From an uncultured Gammaproteobacteria bacterium (GTDB lineage Bacteria; Patescibacteriota; Patescibacteriia; VMEV01; CAYQCH01), in contig CAYGRO010000007.1 of the NCBI GenBank assembly GCA_964352335.1, positions 361 through 64,360 of the forward strand: a stretch of 64,000 nt of DNA. The letters run 5' to 3'. Below are positions 1-9,000 of the stretch, one piece after another; positions within the stretch are counted from its first letter, which is position 1; every line of letters starts with the position of its first letter. Below the pieces are notes generated by a model, which did no database searches, was not told where the DNA came from, and saw only the letters and a program-made list of their open reading frames with translations. Made by a program: the position numbers and the translations under genes.

Positions 1-44
1 TAACTCGGTTCGCGGTGAACTGGGTTGACACTGGTCAATCACCC

Positions 45-79
45 GGACCTCGTTCACAGTGAACGAGGTCCTTTTTATT
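45..79 (+). terminator. Rho-independent terminator-like hairpin (13-bp perfect stem, 1-nt loop) + T5
   Basis: ggacctcgttcac-a-gtgaacgaggtcc followed by tttttatt; sits only 3 nt upstream of the SD of the next ORF. Confidence 0.6.
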
Positions 80-89
80 CCTGGAGGGA

Positions 90-536
90 ATGATGACTGA
101 GAAGAACAAGGGGAGCGGCGGCCTCAGTCGTCGTAATCTCCTCAAGTTGGTGCGAGAGTCTGCTCTCGCTCTAGCTGCTGGCTACGTCCTGCAAGGATGT
201 GGTGGCAGTGGCGGAAGTAGTGGTGGTGGAGCTCCGGCTCCGACCGGAAGTCCTACCCCCACACAGAGGATCACGATTGGAGTGGCCACGCGCAAGCAGG
301 GCACCCCGAATACGGATCCCTCGTGGTCGTCGGTTTACGGCAGCCTGTATACCACGGTTGTCGTGAACTCGGTTTCGTTGGGAGATCCTCCCAAGGGTAA
401 GGACCTCAACTTCGGGGCCTTCCAAGCGATCGAGGCTGACAAGGCTGAGGTCAACATCGGCACCACGATCACTTGGCTTGAGGTGGCGCAAGCACCCGGC
501 TCGGTTGTCCTCGTCGAATCCTTTACGGCCGCTTAG
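90..536 (+). CDS. Putative Tat-exported lipoprotein (148 aa) encoded in ~60% GC DNA
   Basis: SD GGAGGG 1 nt before ATG; twin-arginine motif SRRNLLK; lipobox-like LQGC followed by Gly/Ser linker; GC3-rich codons unlike rest of window. Confidence 0.5.
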   Translation: MMTEKNKGSGGLSRRNLLKLVRESALALAAGYVLQGCGGSGGSSGGGAPAPTGSPTPTQRITIGVATRKQGTPNTDPSWSSVYGSLYTTVVVNSVSLGDPPKGKDLNFGAFQAIEADKAEVNIGTTITWLEVAQAPGSVVLVESFTAA

Positions 537-544
537 GAGGTCTC

Positions 545-1084
545 ATGGAAATCACTTTGCAGTTCACCTGTTCCCATGTCACCGACGAGTGTCGTGAGGG
601 GCTCAACCAAGACTCCAATAAGCCGACGCTGGCTTCGTGTCTGGCTTGTATGCCAGTCATGTTCAATAGCTCGTCGGTGCTCGATCTCTTGATCAGCATG
701 GAGCTCTTGCCGGTTACTCCCGGAAGTACGCTCGGACAAGCGCTGTTCGGCGCGACGGTCTTGGGCAAGGACAAGTTCGGACTTGGTCTCGAAGCCTTTC
801 GGACCACTACGGGCATGCTCGGCATGATGGTCAACGGCAAGATCGGAGGGTCGCTGTACATCGTTCGGCGAACGATGGACGGCTTGCTCTTGCTCTTTCC
901 TGGGTCATCGGATCGTTGGGCCGATCGTGTCGTCCACCCCGACGACATCTTCTGGTTCTTCGGTGACACCATCACTGACGAGCGAGTCCCCAAGGGCGAG
1001 AAGACCATTCACGAGCTCCTCCGAGAGGGGATCGGGCACGATGGTTTCGTCCTCAACGTGCGTTCGCTGGCTCGTGTCGGCTAA
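545..1084 (+). CDS. Hypothetical protein (179 aa), high-GC island gene 2
   Basis: SD AGGAGG 5 nt upstream of ATG; + frame has higher GC3 (~80%) than overlapping antisense ORFs; no recognisable family. Confidence 0.4.
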   Translation: MEITLQFTCSHVTDECREGLNQDSNKPTLASCLACMPVMFNSSSVLDLLISMELLPVTPGSTLGQALFGATVLGKDKFGLGLEAFRTTTGMLGMMVNGKIGGSLYIVRRTMDGLLLLFPGSSDRWADRVVHPDDIFWFFGDTITDERVPKGEKTIHELLREGIGHDGFVLNVRSLARVG

Positions 1085-1099
1085 CCACAGCATGGCGCA

Positions 1100-1129
1100 G
1101 GGAGGCACTTCTACCAAGAAGTGCCTCCC
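1100..1129 (+). other. Perfect 12-bp stem / 6-nt loop hairpin at right boundary of high-GC island 1
   Basis: gggaggcacttc-taccaa-gaagtgcctccc; GC content drops to host level immediately downstream; no T-tract. Confidence 0.5.
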
Positions 1130-1201
1130 GCCCAAACATTTACCACTTGATGTAACTAGATCAAAAGTTTGATCCACTAAATCAATTGTTAAATTACCAA
1201 T

Positions 1202-3202
1202 ATGCGTTTTCGTCAACTCGTCTCATCATTTCTCATTGTTGCTTTAGCGGTAACAGGGATGACTATTCCTACATCTGCTGCAGTCGACAGTGCAACAATC
1301 AATTATCTACAAAGCCAAGAGCAAAATAATGCTTGGGTAGTAATGGCACTTAGAGCAGGGGGGCAAACACCTTCTGCCAATCGTCTTTCTACTACACTGA
1401 ATTCTATTACAGATATAGAAAGAACTATTTTAGCTGTTACAGCTGCTAATCAAGACCCAACAAATTTTAATGGAGTGAACTTAATCCAAAAGCTCGATCT
1501 AGAAAGAAAAAATCGACAAATTGGAAGTACTACTCTTATTAATGACGATATCTTTGGTATCTTAGCCTATTATTCTGCAGGGATTCCTTTTACAGATTTA
1601 CGTATTGCGGAAAGTAAAGAATATATTCTCAATCATCAAAATAGTGATGGGGGATGGTCTCATTCTACTTCTTCACCATCAGACTCAAACGATACTGCGA
1701 TGGCAATTAGTGCGTTAATACGAGCTGGTGTTTCTCAAAATGATCCAGCGATTACAAAAGCAGTAAACTATATTAAAACAACACAAAATGATGATGGTGG
1801 TTTTGGTATTTCTCAAAATGCAGACTCAGATAGTGCTTCTACAGCATGGATTATTTCTGCTTTACAAACTGCAGGAAAAACACCGGCTTCTTTTACGAAA
1901 AATAATAAAACACCTTTCATGTTTTTAAATACTGTAAAGCATTCAGATGCTTCGTATAAATGGAAGGCAAATGAAGGTCGTGGAAATGCAACCATGACAG
2001 CCTATGTTGCTATCGCTTTAGCTGGTACCGGATATCCTGTTGCCACTCGAGCTGGTTCAACAACAACTTCAACAAATACAAGTACAAATGTTTCTCGAGT
2101 CGTTAATGATACAACAACAACGAATACACAACGAGTAGCAAATGATACAACGACAACAAATACCGTTCGAGTCGGTTCTCCAACACGAGGAGGGACTCAA
2201 GTAAACTTTAGAATCGAAGGAAGTCAAAATCAAATTTGTGAAGGAACTGCAACAGCGGCAAATCCATTAGATTTAGTAAAAAATGCGGCTTCACAATGTG
2301 GATATAGCTACTTTATCGATCAAACAAGTTTTGGTTCTTATTTGCAACGAGTAAATGCTGACCAAGCATCTGGTTCAAATGGATGGCTGTATTTAGTTAA
2401 CTGGACTCAACCTTCTGTTGCTGCCGATCAATATCAATTAAAAAATGGTGATTATGTCACTTGGTATTTCGGAGAATTCGATTGGAAACCATTAAGAGCA
2501 CAATTAATAAATGCATCTACAGCCCAACAACAAGGAAATGCCATTATTGAAGTTCAGCAATATCAAAGTGGTGCATGGCGTGCCTTTTCTGGAGCAACAG
2601 TGTATTTAACAGGTAGAACTGCTACAACCAATTCTTCTGGTCAAGCAAGTTTTTCTCTTCCAACCGGTTCTTATCAATTTTATGCAGATAGAGCGAATTA
2701 TATTCGTTCAGCGAAAGAAACTTTTAGTGTGAATACCGCTTCAACAAATACAACAACGACAAATACGAATTCAACGAATACAAATTCTTCAACAAGAATT
2801 AGTCGATCAGTTCCACTAGAATCAACAATTATTACAGACCGAGTGTATACGCAGAATACAAATACAACAACGTATAATCCAAATCCACCACAAATGTCAT
2901 TTTCTTTGAATCTAAGTGGTTCTACGACTTCCTTAGGTTTTGGTACACTAAGAGAAGGTCAAACAGCTACACAAAGTGTGACGGTAACAAATACAGGTAC
3001 GACAAGCTTATTAATGACGGCAACAGTAACAGGAGATGCCTTATATACAAATAACTTACGCTTAGATAATCAGTCTTGGGGAAGTTTTTCACGACGTATT
3101 AGTGTAAATAGCGCTTCTCGTATTGATGTATCATTAACTGTTCCTGTAAATTATTCAGACGGATACAAAAGAGGTGACCTCATATTTTGGGCGACTCAGT
3201 AA
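1202..3202 (+). CDS. Secreted multidomain protein: alpha/alpha-toroid (prenyltransferase/terpene-cyclase-like QxxDGGW repeats) + DUF4430-like domain + CarboxypepD_reg-like + beta-sandwich; Thr/Asn-rich linkers
   Basis: N-terminal signal peptide; repeated motifs NSDGGWSHS, QNDDGGFG; segment SNGWLYLVNWTQPSVAADQYQLKNGDYVTWYF homologous to C-terminus of the next gene; TNT-rich low complexity. Confidence 0.6.
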   Translation: MRFRQLVSSFLIVALAVTGMTIPTSAAVDSATINYLQSQEQNNAWVVMALRAGGQTPSANRLSTTLNSITDIERTILAVTAANQDPTNFNGVNLIQKLDLERKNRQIGSTTLINDDIFGILAYYSAGIPFTDLRIAESKEYILNHQNSDGGWSHSTSSPSDSNDTAMAISALIRAGVSQNDPAITKAVNYIKTTQNDDGGFGISQNADSDSASTAWIISALQTAGKTPASFTKNNKTPFMFLNTVKHSDASYKWKANEGRGNATMTAYVAIALAGTGYPVATRAGSTTTSTNTSTNVSRVVNDTTTTNTQRVANDTTTTNTVRVGSPTRGGTQVNFRIEGSQNQICEGTATAANPLDLVKNAASQCGYSYFIDQTSFGSYLQRVNADQASGSNGWLYLVNWTQPSVAADQYQLKNGDYVTWYFGEFDWKPLRAQLINASTAQQQGNAIIEVQQYQSGAWRAFSGATVYLTGRTATTNSSGQASFSLPTGSYQFYADRANYIRSAKETFSVNTASTNTTTTNTNSTNTNSSTRISRSVPLESTIITDRVYTQNTNTTTYNPNPPQMSFSLNLSGSTTSLGFGTLREGQTATQSVTVTNTGTTSLLMTATVTGDALYTNNLRLDNQSWGSFSRRISVNSASRIDVSLTVPVNYSDGYKRGDLIFWATQ

Positions 3203-3207
3203 GAGTT

Positions 3208-3317
3208 TACCTCCCCCTAACCCCCTCCTTATCAAGGAGGGGGAAGTATAATATCATGATGGACCTACGCATTATATTCCTTCCCCTCCTGTCTCAGGAG
3301 GGGATTGAGGGGAGGTA
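3208..3317. repeat. 110-bp MITE/REP-like palindromic element, copy A
   Basis: tacctccccctaaccccctcc...ggaggggattgaggggaggta terminal inverted repeats; second copy at 54757-54866 with ~85-90% identical ends and divergent centre. Confidence 0.6.
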
Positions 3318-3340
3318 TCTAATCGATAAATCAAATACCT

Positions 3341-4348
3341 ATGCTCAAACGACTTAGCTTTATCATCGCTTTCTTATCGCTCAGTTTGATTCCATTATCA
3401 ATGGTGTCTGCTGCAGGAATTGGAATTTCTCCTCAATCATTAGAGATTACACAATCTCCTGGTTCACAAACGGAAACAATGATCTCGGTTCACAATACAG
3501 GAGAAACAACAGCTCTTTACCAAATTTATGCGGACCAATACGAACGATTAATTTCTATCGATGGTGAAGAAATTCGTTTAGCTCCGGGTGAGGGAAGAGC
3601 GATCCCTATTACTGTGGGTTCATTTCCACCGGGAGAATTTACAACAGCAATCTCAATTGTTGCGACGGAAGTGTCGGTTGAAGATTTGCCTAAAACAGGT
3701 GTAAAACTTCCAGTCACAATCAATTCAGTATCACTTATTGAGCAGGGGCAAGCTAATATGATTCGTCAATATAGTTTATATTTCATTGCTTTTGCACTGA
3801 TTCTCTTATTACTAGCAATGTGGTTTCATTCTCGTCGATCAAAAATGCATAAACTGCTTGATACCGCTCAAGAAACATTGGCTAGTCATTCTCTCGAGCA
3901 AACAGCTGACCATTATAGAAAAAAACATCCACTTATTTTTATCAGTCTCTTAGCTTTACTTATTGCTGGTGGATTACTGATCTGGTCATTTATTGCCTCA
4001 GATCAACAGCCTGTAACGGTAGAGATTCAGCAAGGGGTCGAACAATATTCTGTAACAATTCAACATCCAAGTGGTGCAAAAATCTATACAGTACAATCAG
4101 ATCGAGCTATCTCTGCCTTTTCTGCTTTAGAACAAGTACGTGATCAATATGGAATCAGTTTAGCCTATGATCCACCAATTGAATTCGGAATCTTGGTCAC
4201 AGAAATTGATGGTTATACAAATGGGGAAGATGGGCAGTACTGGGTTTTTGAAGTAAATGGAAAACAAGTGCCATCAGCGGCAGATCGGACTCAATTACAA
4301 CCAAATGACCAATTAGTATGGAAATTTGTTATCCCGAGTGCAGAATAA
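3341..4348 (+). CDS. Membrane-anchored protein with C-terminal DUF4430-like domain (335 aa)
   Basis: Signal peptide, central TM helix, C-terminal GQYWVFEVNGKQVPSAADRTQLQPNDQLVWKF matching the corresponding segment of the upstream gene. Confidence 0.55.
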   Translation: MLKRLSFIIAFLSLSLIPLSMVSAAGIGISPQSLEITQSPGSQTETMISVHNTGETTALYQIYADQYERLISIDGEEIRLAPGEGRAIPITVGSFPPGEFTTAISIVATEVSVEDLPKTGVKLPVTINSVSLIEQGQANMIRQYSLYFIAFALILLLLAMWFHSRRSKMHKLLDTAQETLASHSLEQTADHYRKKHPLIFISLLALLIAGGLLIWSFIASDQQPVTVEIQQGVEQYSVTIQHPSGAKIYTVQSDRAISAFSALEQVRDQYGISLAYDPPIEFGILVTEIDGYTNGEDGQYWVFEVNGKQVPSAADRTQLQPNDQLVWKFVIPSAE

Positions 4349-4356
4349 ATTAAAAT

Positions 4357-4944
4357 GTGTATAATAAACTCTTCATTAATCAAAAAACTATGAATCAAAG
4401 AAAAGCTCTTGTAGCTCTCTCAGTCCTAGCGGTCATTTTTGCCGTTACTTTCCGTCTAGTCGACCACCCAGCTAATTTTGCTCCTATTGGTGCAATAGCG
4501 TTAATTTCTGCTTATTACCTAACTGCTCGAGGTTCTTGGGCTATTCCTTTAGGTGCAATGCTTTTGAGCGATGCCATCATCGGTTTTTATAGTCTTCCTG
4601 TGATGTTTGCTGTTTATGCAAGTTATTTAGCGATGTGGGGATTAGGACGATGGGCAAAAAATGCAGAAACAAAAACAGCCTTAGTTCCAGCAGTTCTATT
4701 TGGATCAATTACACATTTTGTGCTTACAAACTTTGCTGTATGGGCTTTTACAGGTATGTACGCAAAAACCCTTTCTGGTTTAGCGCTGTCTTATACAATG
4801 GCCATTCCATTTTTTAAATGGACATTAGCTGGAGATCTCTTTTTTGCTGGACTTTTTATTGCTATGATTGAAGGAGCGAGACAAATGGCAAAATCTATTG
4901 TATCAAAAGATGTAGTAGAAAATGTCATCTATCACCAATCTTAG
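4357..4944 (+). CDS. Small polytopic membrane protein, ECF-transporter S-component-like (195 aa)
   Basis: ~5-6 predicted TM helices, size and hydrophobicity profile of ECF S components; start may be the internal ATG at 4390. Confidence 0.4.
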   Translation: MYNKLFINQKTMNQRKALVALSVLAVIFAVTFRLVDHPANFAPIGAIALISAYYLTARGSWAIPLGAMLLSDAIIGFYSLPVMFAVYASYLAMWGLGRWAKNAETKTALVPAVLFGSITHFVLTNFAVWAFTGMYAKTLSGLALSYTMAIPFFKWTLAGDLFFAGLFIAMIEGARQMAKSIVSKDVVENVIYHQS

Positions 4945-4967
4945 TTTATCTTTAACCAAAAAGAGCT

Positions 4968-5090
4968 ATGGATGGAGAAAATGTTTGTACCACATGTGGT
5001 ACCCCAGTAAAATTACCTTCACAAGAAGGGCAAACAGAAGAAAATGGATCAGAACAATCTTCTGAATCAGCAGAGTCTTCTGCAGAATAA
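4968..5090 (+). CDS. Unannotated small acidic protein (40 aa) with single CxxC
   Basis: MDGENVCTTCGTPVKLPSQEGQTEENGSEQSSESAESSAE; followed by hairpin terminator; absent from ORF track (<60 aa). Confidence 0.3.
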   Translation: MDGENVCTTCGTPVKLPSQEGQTEENGSEQSSESAESSAE

Positions 5091-5096
5091 GTGAAT

Positions 5097-5122
5097 AACC
5101 GTCCTTTGGGGCGGTTTTTCTA
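5097..5122 (+). terminator. Rho-independent terminator
   Basis: aaccgtcc-tttg-gggcggtt followed by T-run. Confidence 0.5.
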
Positions 5123-5142
5123 TACTCCCTCCTAACCCTATT

Positions 5143-5391
5143 ATGAAAAAATACTTCAAATCCGAGTATACAAAGATCAAAGTTATTCCTCAGCAAGTAA
5201 AAGCAGAATTTCGTGGTCTTATGGACGACGGAACGATTAAAATTGCTTTAAAATCTGCTCCAGAGAAGGGGAAAGCGAATAAAGAATTGATCAGCTTTCT
5301 TGCAGAGGAACTGGGGGTTCGAAAGGAGCAAGTAATCATATCAGGTGGGTTAACAGGGAGGATGAAAGTTATTCGGATTCAGCAAGATTAA
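5143..5391 (+). CDS. YggU/DUF167 family protein (82 aa)
   Basis: Size and sequence pattern (…DGTIKIALKSAPEKGKANKELISFLAEELGV…) typical of UPF0235/YggU. Confidence 0.55.
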   Translation: MKKYFKSEYTKIKVIPQQVKAEFRGLMDDGTIKIALKSAPEKGKANKELISFLAEELGVRKEQVIISGGLTGRMKVIRIQQD

Positions 5392-5494
5392 TGAGATTCT
5401 CGCTGGAGTTTATCTCATAGTTGATACGGGGCGCGAATGACAGAGTTGATAAATGATCCCGATAGCATGCCTCCTGCACCATGTATCATGACCC

Positions 5495-5926
5495 ATGTTT
5501 TCTGAATACGGTTATCCACTACACAAAAAACTAAAAATATGGCAAAATATAGATGTCTCACTTTATTCAATCTCTATGCTTTTTCAGGATTTTCATGACA
5601 AAATGCATGTGAATGAAATTATCAAATGGGGAGTCTTTGATGGCTTCTTAGTTGGTTTATTCATTGCGATTTTTACAATTATTCACGCTAAACGTGAGAT
5701 AATTATTTCAAGTGCTGGTGGGTGGGAGCTTTCAGCAAGTTTATTTTTGATTGTTCTTGTTTCATTAAGCGGTTTAATTACGTCTATTATTATTTTCGCT
5801 AGACCAATTTATTGTTTAATGAATAAAAAATATCGAGATTCTTTTCTTACCATTGGGGTAAGTATTATCACGATTATGATTATGTCGGCCTTTGTTTTAT
5901 GGTCTGCTCCTTGGTTTACTTTATAG
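5495..5926 (+). CDS. Hypothetical small membrane protein (143 aa)
   Basis: ORF with 3-4 hydrophobic helices; no family recognised. Confidence 0.35.
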   Translation: MFSEYGYPLHKKLKIWQNIDVSLYSISMLFQDFHDKMHVNEIIKWGVFDGFLVGLFIAIFTIIHAKREIIISSAGGWELSASLFLIVLVSLSGLITSIIIFARPIYCLMNKKYRDSFLTIGVSIITIMIMSAFVLWSAPWFTL

Positions 5927-6054
5927 CTATTTTTTCACAGCTTTTTTATCAATTATTCAGTCACATTGGTAAAAAGACCAAAGAAAAATAGACTTACTTA
6001 TCGATCAATAGCAAAACAAGAATAAATAGATAAACGGTGCGATGCGGAGTATCT

Positions 6055-9000
6055 ATGCCAATAAAGAAAAAAACACCAAAGAAAAAAGTGGTTAAAAAAA
6101 CTCGAACAAAAACTCGAGCCACAAAAACCAAAACAACAACTCGTAAAAAACGAGCTTCTTCTGTTAGTAAAAAAACAGTGAAGGCAAAACCAGCAAAAAA
6201 GAAAACGACTAAGGTCGCTAAAAAAACGACTGTTAAATCAAAGAAGAAAAAAGTACTAGCTAAGCCTAAGAAAAAAGTAGTTAAAAAGTCTGTGCCCGCT
6301 GTGGCTGTAGAGCGAGCAATAAGTCCATCTACAAAAGCAGGTCAATTGCATAACCGACAAATACAGACAAAACAACATGTATATTTAGCTCCTACGAAAA
6401 CAAATACAGCTTTTTCTGTCTCTGGTTTTTCTTTTCAAAAAGCCTTATCTCAAGTACGAGATAAAGTACATACTACAGATGAGCCAATTGCGATAACTCC
6501 AATAGAAGCTCCAATAAAACTAGAGTTAGATGATCAGCCAGAACAGCCTCATTTTTCTCCCTATGTTTTAGATTTAAAATCAAGAAAAACAGTTGTTACA
6601 ACTCATAAACTTTCTCTCAATTCTGCTAAACCAGAACAAGTACAATTAGGTCTTTTTGAAGAAGAGGTTAAAACACCTGTTCAATTTATTGCTCAATCTT
6701 GGAATAATTTTCTTGCTTCACTCAAACCAAGAAGAAGAATTAATCTTATCCCTCGTGAACAAAAGCAAGGAGTCAGTTTATCTCAGAAGATCGCCAGAAA
6801 GCATAAACGATTTCAATTTCATTTAGAAGAATTTGGAGAGTTATTATCTCGTCCGTATCAACTTTGGAGAGATGCTAAACGACAAAAAACTTTTGGATTG
6901 CCTCGAGAAACGAGTAGGCAGAAACAAGTTCCACTAATTTCAAATAGAACAAGGTCTGGTGAAGCCATTCCTGTTTCTCGTATAGATAAAATTCATCAAA
7001 AAGCAAAAAATGTTGCCGCTTCTGCACAGATTTCTGTGACAAGTTTATCTGATGTATTAAAACGTCAACCCAAACCAAAGAAAACTTTTTCTTTAGAGCA
7101 TTTATCTTTGCAAAAAGCTTTTATGCCTTTTGCTGTTTTGGCTTTTGTCATTTTATTGCCTTTTGCTGGGGCGTCACTGTATGAAGGGCTTTCTCAAACA
7201 CAAGGTGAAGTATTAGGAGCAACAAATCAGGCTGTTTCGAAATTGCAATCAGCTACCAACTATGCAAAATCTTTTCAGTTTTTACAAGCGAGTAAAGATT
7301 TTCAACAGGCTTCACAAACATTTTTAGCGGCATCTGCATTAATTGAAAACCAACAAGGGCTTTCTACCAAGGCTTTATCTGTATTACCAGTTGTTGGAGA
7401 AAAAGTGAGAGCAGGGAAAGATTTATTAACGATTGGAAATGAATTATCAGAAGCAGCAACCTTATTTTCACAAGGTATTGCTGTATTGGCAGATGAAAAA
7501 CATTTTCTTGTGGATCAGCCGATGTCATATAAATTGGAATACCTTTTTGTTCGATTACAAGAAGCACAACCACATGTGCAATCAGCTGTTTCGATGTTAA
7601 ATGAAATCGATCCTGCAAATATCCCAGAAGATATTCAAGGTGATATTGAAATGCTTAAACAATCATTACCAGTTCTTTCAGAAAAATTACATCAGTTTAC
7701 GGAAATGGATCAATCTGTTCTTAGCTTTTTAGGGCATCAAAACTTAGAGCGATATTTAGTTGTATTTCAAAATAATACAGAATTACGAGCTACAGGTGGA
7801 TTTTTTGGAAGTCTTGCGTTAGTTGATATTGACCGAGCAGAAATAAAAAATATTGAAATCCCTGGTGGTGGTCCCTATGATTTTCAAGGAAGTCTTTACA
7901 AAAACTATGAATCACCAAGAGCAATGCAATTGATTAATCCTCGATGGGAGTTACAAGATACAAATTGGTTCTTTGATTGGCCAACATCTGCTCAAAAAAT
8001 TACACATGTCTATGAACAATCTGGTGGTCCAACTGTTGATGGTGTGATTGCTTTAAATACAAATGTACTACAAACATTGTTAGAATTTACTGGTCCCGTC
8101 CAATTAGCATCGTATGAAAAAGAATTCTCTGCCGAAAATTTTAGAGAAATTTTGCAACAACATGTTGAATTTGAATACGATGAAGAATTAAACCAGCCAA
8201 AGAAAATTATTGCAGACTTAGCTCCTGTTTTATTGGAACGAGTTAAGTTATTAGATCCTGTTGAATACTTAGAGTTAGCAGCACATTTAGGTGAATTATT
8301 TCAAACGAGAGAACTCTTTATTTATCATACAAATGAAGACGTGCAAAAAGAATTTTCTAAGTTAGGATGGTCAGGGGAAGTTGTACAAACAGAAAGCGAT
8401 TACTTAGCCATTGTACATACAAATTTAGCTGGTGGAAAAACAGATGGTGTTATCAAAGATTCTTATGATCTTACAACACATTTTTCTGAAAACAATACTA
8501 TTCAGCATACATTAACAATTGCACGTACACATACGGGTCAAAAAGGAATTCCATTAATTGGAGTACGAAATGTAGATTACTTAAGAGTTTATGTACCAAA
8601 AGGAAGTAAACTTATCTCCGCAACTGGTTTTGAAAAACCACCAACAGACTTATTTGAATCTCCTGGAGAAAATTGGATTGTTGACCAAGATTTATTAGCA
8701 AGCCAAGGTACATACACAGTAGATTCAACGACAGGAGTAGAAATCTATGAAGAATCTGGAAAAACAGTCTTTGCAGATTGGGTGCAAACAGATCCCGGAG
8801 AAAGACAAGAAATTCAAATTACTTATGAAGTGCCAGCGAGTGTTATTTCTGAATTTATTTTACCAACTCGTGAGTCTTCTTGGTTAGATTGGGTTACTGG
8901 TAAAACAGTTAATACAGAAGAAGAAGTAAAAGCCTATCAACTGTATTGGCAAAAACAATCAGGTGCATGGGACCCAGAAATGCATTTGAGTATTGATTAT

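Noticed and set aside
171-1216. Antisense ORFs in high-GC island 1 (171..491 -, 523..1008 -, 905..1216 -, 927..1172 +)
   Set aside because: These are low-complexity Ser/Thr/Arg-rich translations typical of non-coding frames in GC-rich DNA. GC3 is higher in the + frame ORFs, which also have consensus SDs. The 905..1216 ORF would start in AT-rich host DNA across the compositional boundary.
4966-5196. 76-aa - strand ORF overlapping the 40-aa micro-ORF and the YggU gene start
   Set aside because: It is hydrophobic low-complexity and has no SD. It overlaps a terminator and the N-terminus of the + strand YggU-family gene.
6060-6300. Possible CRISPR or tandem array in the A-rich repeated region
   Set aside because: It is the coding sequence for a lysine-rich protein tail (AAA/AAG codon runs). 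It has no spacer-repeat periodicity and there are no cas genes.
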